Of a DNA stretch of 64,000 bases, positions 62,439 to 64,000 are shown in pieces. The notes under the pieces were generated by a model, which searched no databases, had not been told where the DNA came from, and saw only the letters and a list, made by a program, of their open reading frames with translations. The stretch comes from Anaerolineae bacterium. GTDB taxonomy: Bacteria > Chloroflexota > Anaerolineae > Anaerolineales > UBA4823. The stretch lies in contig JBBIVW010000005.1 in NCBI GenBank assembly GCA_037439525.1, forward strand, positions 7,007 through 71,006, written 5' to 3'. Numbering within the stretch: position 1 is the stretch's first letter; the number at the start of each line of letters is the position of its first letter. Position numbers and translations under genes: made by a program.

Positions 62439-63851
62439 TCAGGGCAAGAGGTTTTGCCAGGCTTTTTGCATGATGCGCTCCAATTCTGCTTCCTGAGCTT
62501 CCTGAAGTGGATCAGGATGGTGCTGTTGGAGGAGGTGCATGGCGCGATGGTGAGCCTGTATGGCGATGTCTTCCGCTCCACGCCTGTGCCAGTCTTCAAA
62601 GCTTCCCCGTTCGGCGAGATTGGTAAGCAAAACCTCGCCTGCGCGCAGGAACTTGCGCGTGTGAGGTTGCCCCAGGAAGTTGCGTGCGCCGTACATCACC
62701 TCTTGCACCACATCCACTGCCAGGGCTTCTTCATTCACCTGAAAGGAGCGCAATACACGGCGCACGCTGGAGGCGATTTCATGGTCGCATACCATTTGTG
62801 CATAGGCGCCGCTGGCGCCTGCGGCAAGCTCGCCGATGCCGGAAAGCTCATCCGCTCCAGCTAGCGCCGGCAAGAGCGCGTTCATGGCGCGTTCATATCC
62901 GCTTTGCAGGTTGGGCACATGGGCATTGGTGGACAGCCCATAGACATTCACCGGAAGTTGGTAGAAATGACCGATCTGCACGGTTGCTGCAGAAGCCAAT
63001 CCCAGTTCCACGCCGCCCCAAACCGAGCTGCCACGGCGCGGTTCCAACATCGCCAAGCGCCCGCTGTACATCACGGGTAATCCAGGATGGACTTGTTGCA
63101 CGATCACCAGGGAGGCGAGAATCTCCGCGTTTTGCAGAGCCAGAGCGCCAGCCAATGACATCGGTGCCGTTGAGCCAGCCGTCGGGCAGGGGAGGGGGGC
63201 GAAAGGGATGCCGTGACGGGCAACTGCCGCCATTGCCTCTACCAGGTGAAAGGGAAAATGCAGCGGACTTACCGGCGAAACGCTTAGAGTGAGCATTTGT
63301 TCTGGCGGGCCAATTACACTGGCCATTTCAAGGATGTATTCCACCTCAAATGCGGATTGCAACCCAGGACCATGGATTGGTTTGAGCGTATGGGGCAGAT
63401 ATGGCGGTACATCGCCAGCGACATGAGCACTCCAGGCACATCCGTTGGAGTGAAAAAAGGAGTGATGATCGTTGCCTGATCCAGGGCGTCCAACAAGCGT
63501 GCGCTGTCGATGACATCTTGGACGGTGGCTGGACGCAACTTCCCTTGTAGAGGCTCGTACACCTCACGCGCTCCACCCAGGTTGTGCCAGTGTAATTCCC
63601 CGGCGCCAATCGTTCGAACCAGCCCATCCCGCCCAGATATTGAACGCAACGGTTGACACTCCTCCAACGCCTTTTCGACCAGCGCCTGGGGAAGGAGCAG
63701 GCGTTCTTGGTGCATAGACGCGCCTGCTTCCCATCAATGTCTGGCACATACCGGGGTGTTCTAATGATATGCCCACCTCGCTCAGGATGCGCAGGCTTGC
63801 CAGATGGATTTTCGCGACCTCATCGTCTGAAAGCACATTCCATGGCTGCAT
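62439..63851 (-). pseudogene. MttB-superfamily (trimethylamine/quaternary-amine corrinoid methyltransferase-like) gene disrupted by two frameshifts
   Basis: Three consecutive minus-strand ORFs in three frames together read as one MttB-like protein. Piece 1 is MQPWNVLSDDEVAKIHLASLRILSEVGISLEHPG... (from 63851). Piece 2 is ...EAGASMHQERLLLPQALVEKAL...ATVQDVIDSARLLDAL...LMSLAMYRH. Piece 3 is ...HTLKPIHGPGLQSAFEVEYILEMA... to the stop at 62439. The frame changes map to a G3 run (complement of 63730-63732) and a C4 run (complement of 63392-63395). Confidence 0.65.
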
Positions 63852-64000
63852 GGTAAAACCTTTCTCCACTCACGGAAACCCTGTGATGGATATAGTACAC
63901 CCACAATTCTACCCTTACCAGACATCATGTTCAGGGATTAATACATCCAATGAAGCAGGGTATAATCTGAGCTTGCAGTAGACCATTTCGCCAGGGAGCA

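Noticed and set aside
62385-63292. + strand ORFs of 159 and 202 aa (62385-62864, 62684-63292)
   Set aside because: Both are antisense to the MttB-like coding sequence. They are Arg/Pro/Gly-rich shadow frames.
62439-63869. Pyrrolysine (in-frame TAG) decoding in the MttB-like gene
   Set aside because: The interruptions are frame changes at homopolymers, not TAG codons. I saw no in-frame amber codon in the reconstructed reading frame.
1-64000. Search for mobile elements, prophage, integrases, toxin-antitoxin pairs or recognisable defence systems (RM, Cas, Abi, CBASS-like)
   Set aside because: I recognised no transposase, integrase, recombinase, Cas, methyltransferase/restriction or cyclase/effector signatures in any frame. 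The tRNA genes are not flanked by direct repeats or integrase genes.

Overview
This is a 64-kb stretch of a moderately GC-rich bacterial chromosome. I call about 48 CDS, one frameshifted pseudogene and two tRNAs (Val-UAC, His-GUG). I saw no rRNA, CRISPR array, transposase, integrase or phage genes. Several traits point to a Chloroflexota/Anaerolineae-like organism, but this is inference only: Pro/Thr-rich linkers, DUF11 repeats, STK-FHA receptors, a Tat-signal L,D-transpeptidase and frequent GGAGG Shine-Dalgarno sites. The backbone is housekeeping: FAH-family hydrolase, RpiR regulator, aminotransferase, rph, prs, pfk, GH31 glucosidase, M14/M24/M17 peptidases, hisS, nitroreductase and an MFS transporter. 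Several blocks deserve a closer look. (1) A peroxiredoxin/AhpC-TSA-like gene has an in-frame TGA exactly at the first Cys of the CxxC redox motif, with a SECIS-like hairpin downstream, so it is probably a missed selenoprotein. (2) A 1045-aa protein fuses a serine hydroxymethyltransferase to a complete GcvT aminomethyltransferase. (3) A CarH/LitR-type B12 photoreceptor regulator sits beside back-to-back near-consensus promoters with 11-bp-phased ACA repeats. A related TATGTACA palindrome lies in the promoter of the hydrolase/selenoprotein operon. (4) A Wzx/Wzy-type glycan cluster includes a 1106-aa Wzy_C-TPR protein. (5) A YprA/MrfA-type helicase carries an embedded HNH nuclease motif, and a YprB/MrfB-like exonuclease lies 6 kb away. 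(6) Two tandem receptor proteins share a kinase-FHA-TM-TSP3 architecture; one is a complete pseudokinase. (7) An L,D-transpeptidase operon ends in twin 179-aa SH3b-like paralogs. (8) There is a bacterial Clp1-type polynucleotide kinase homolog. (9) An MttB-family methyltransferase gene is broken at two homopolymer runs. All functional calls come from reading motifs in the translations; no database search was run.
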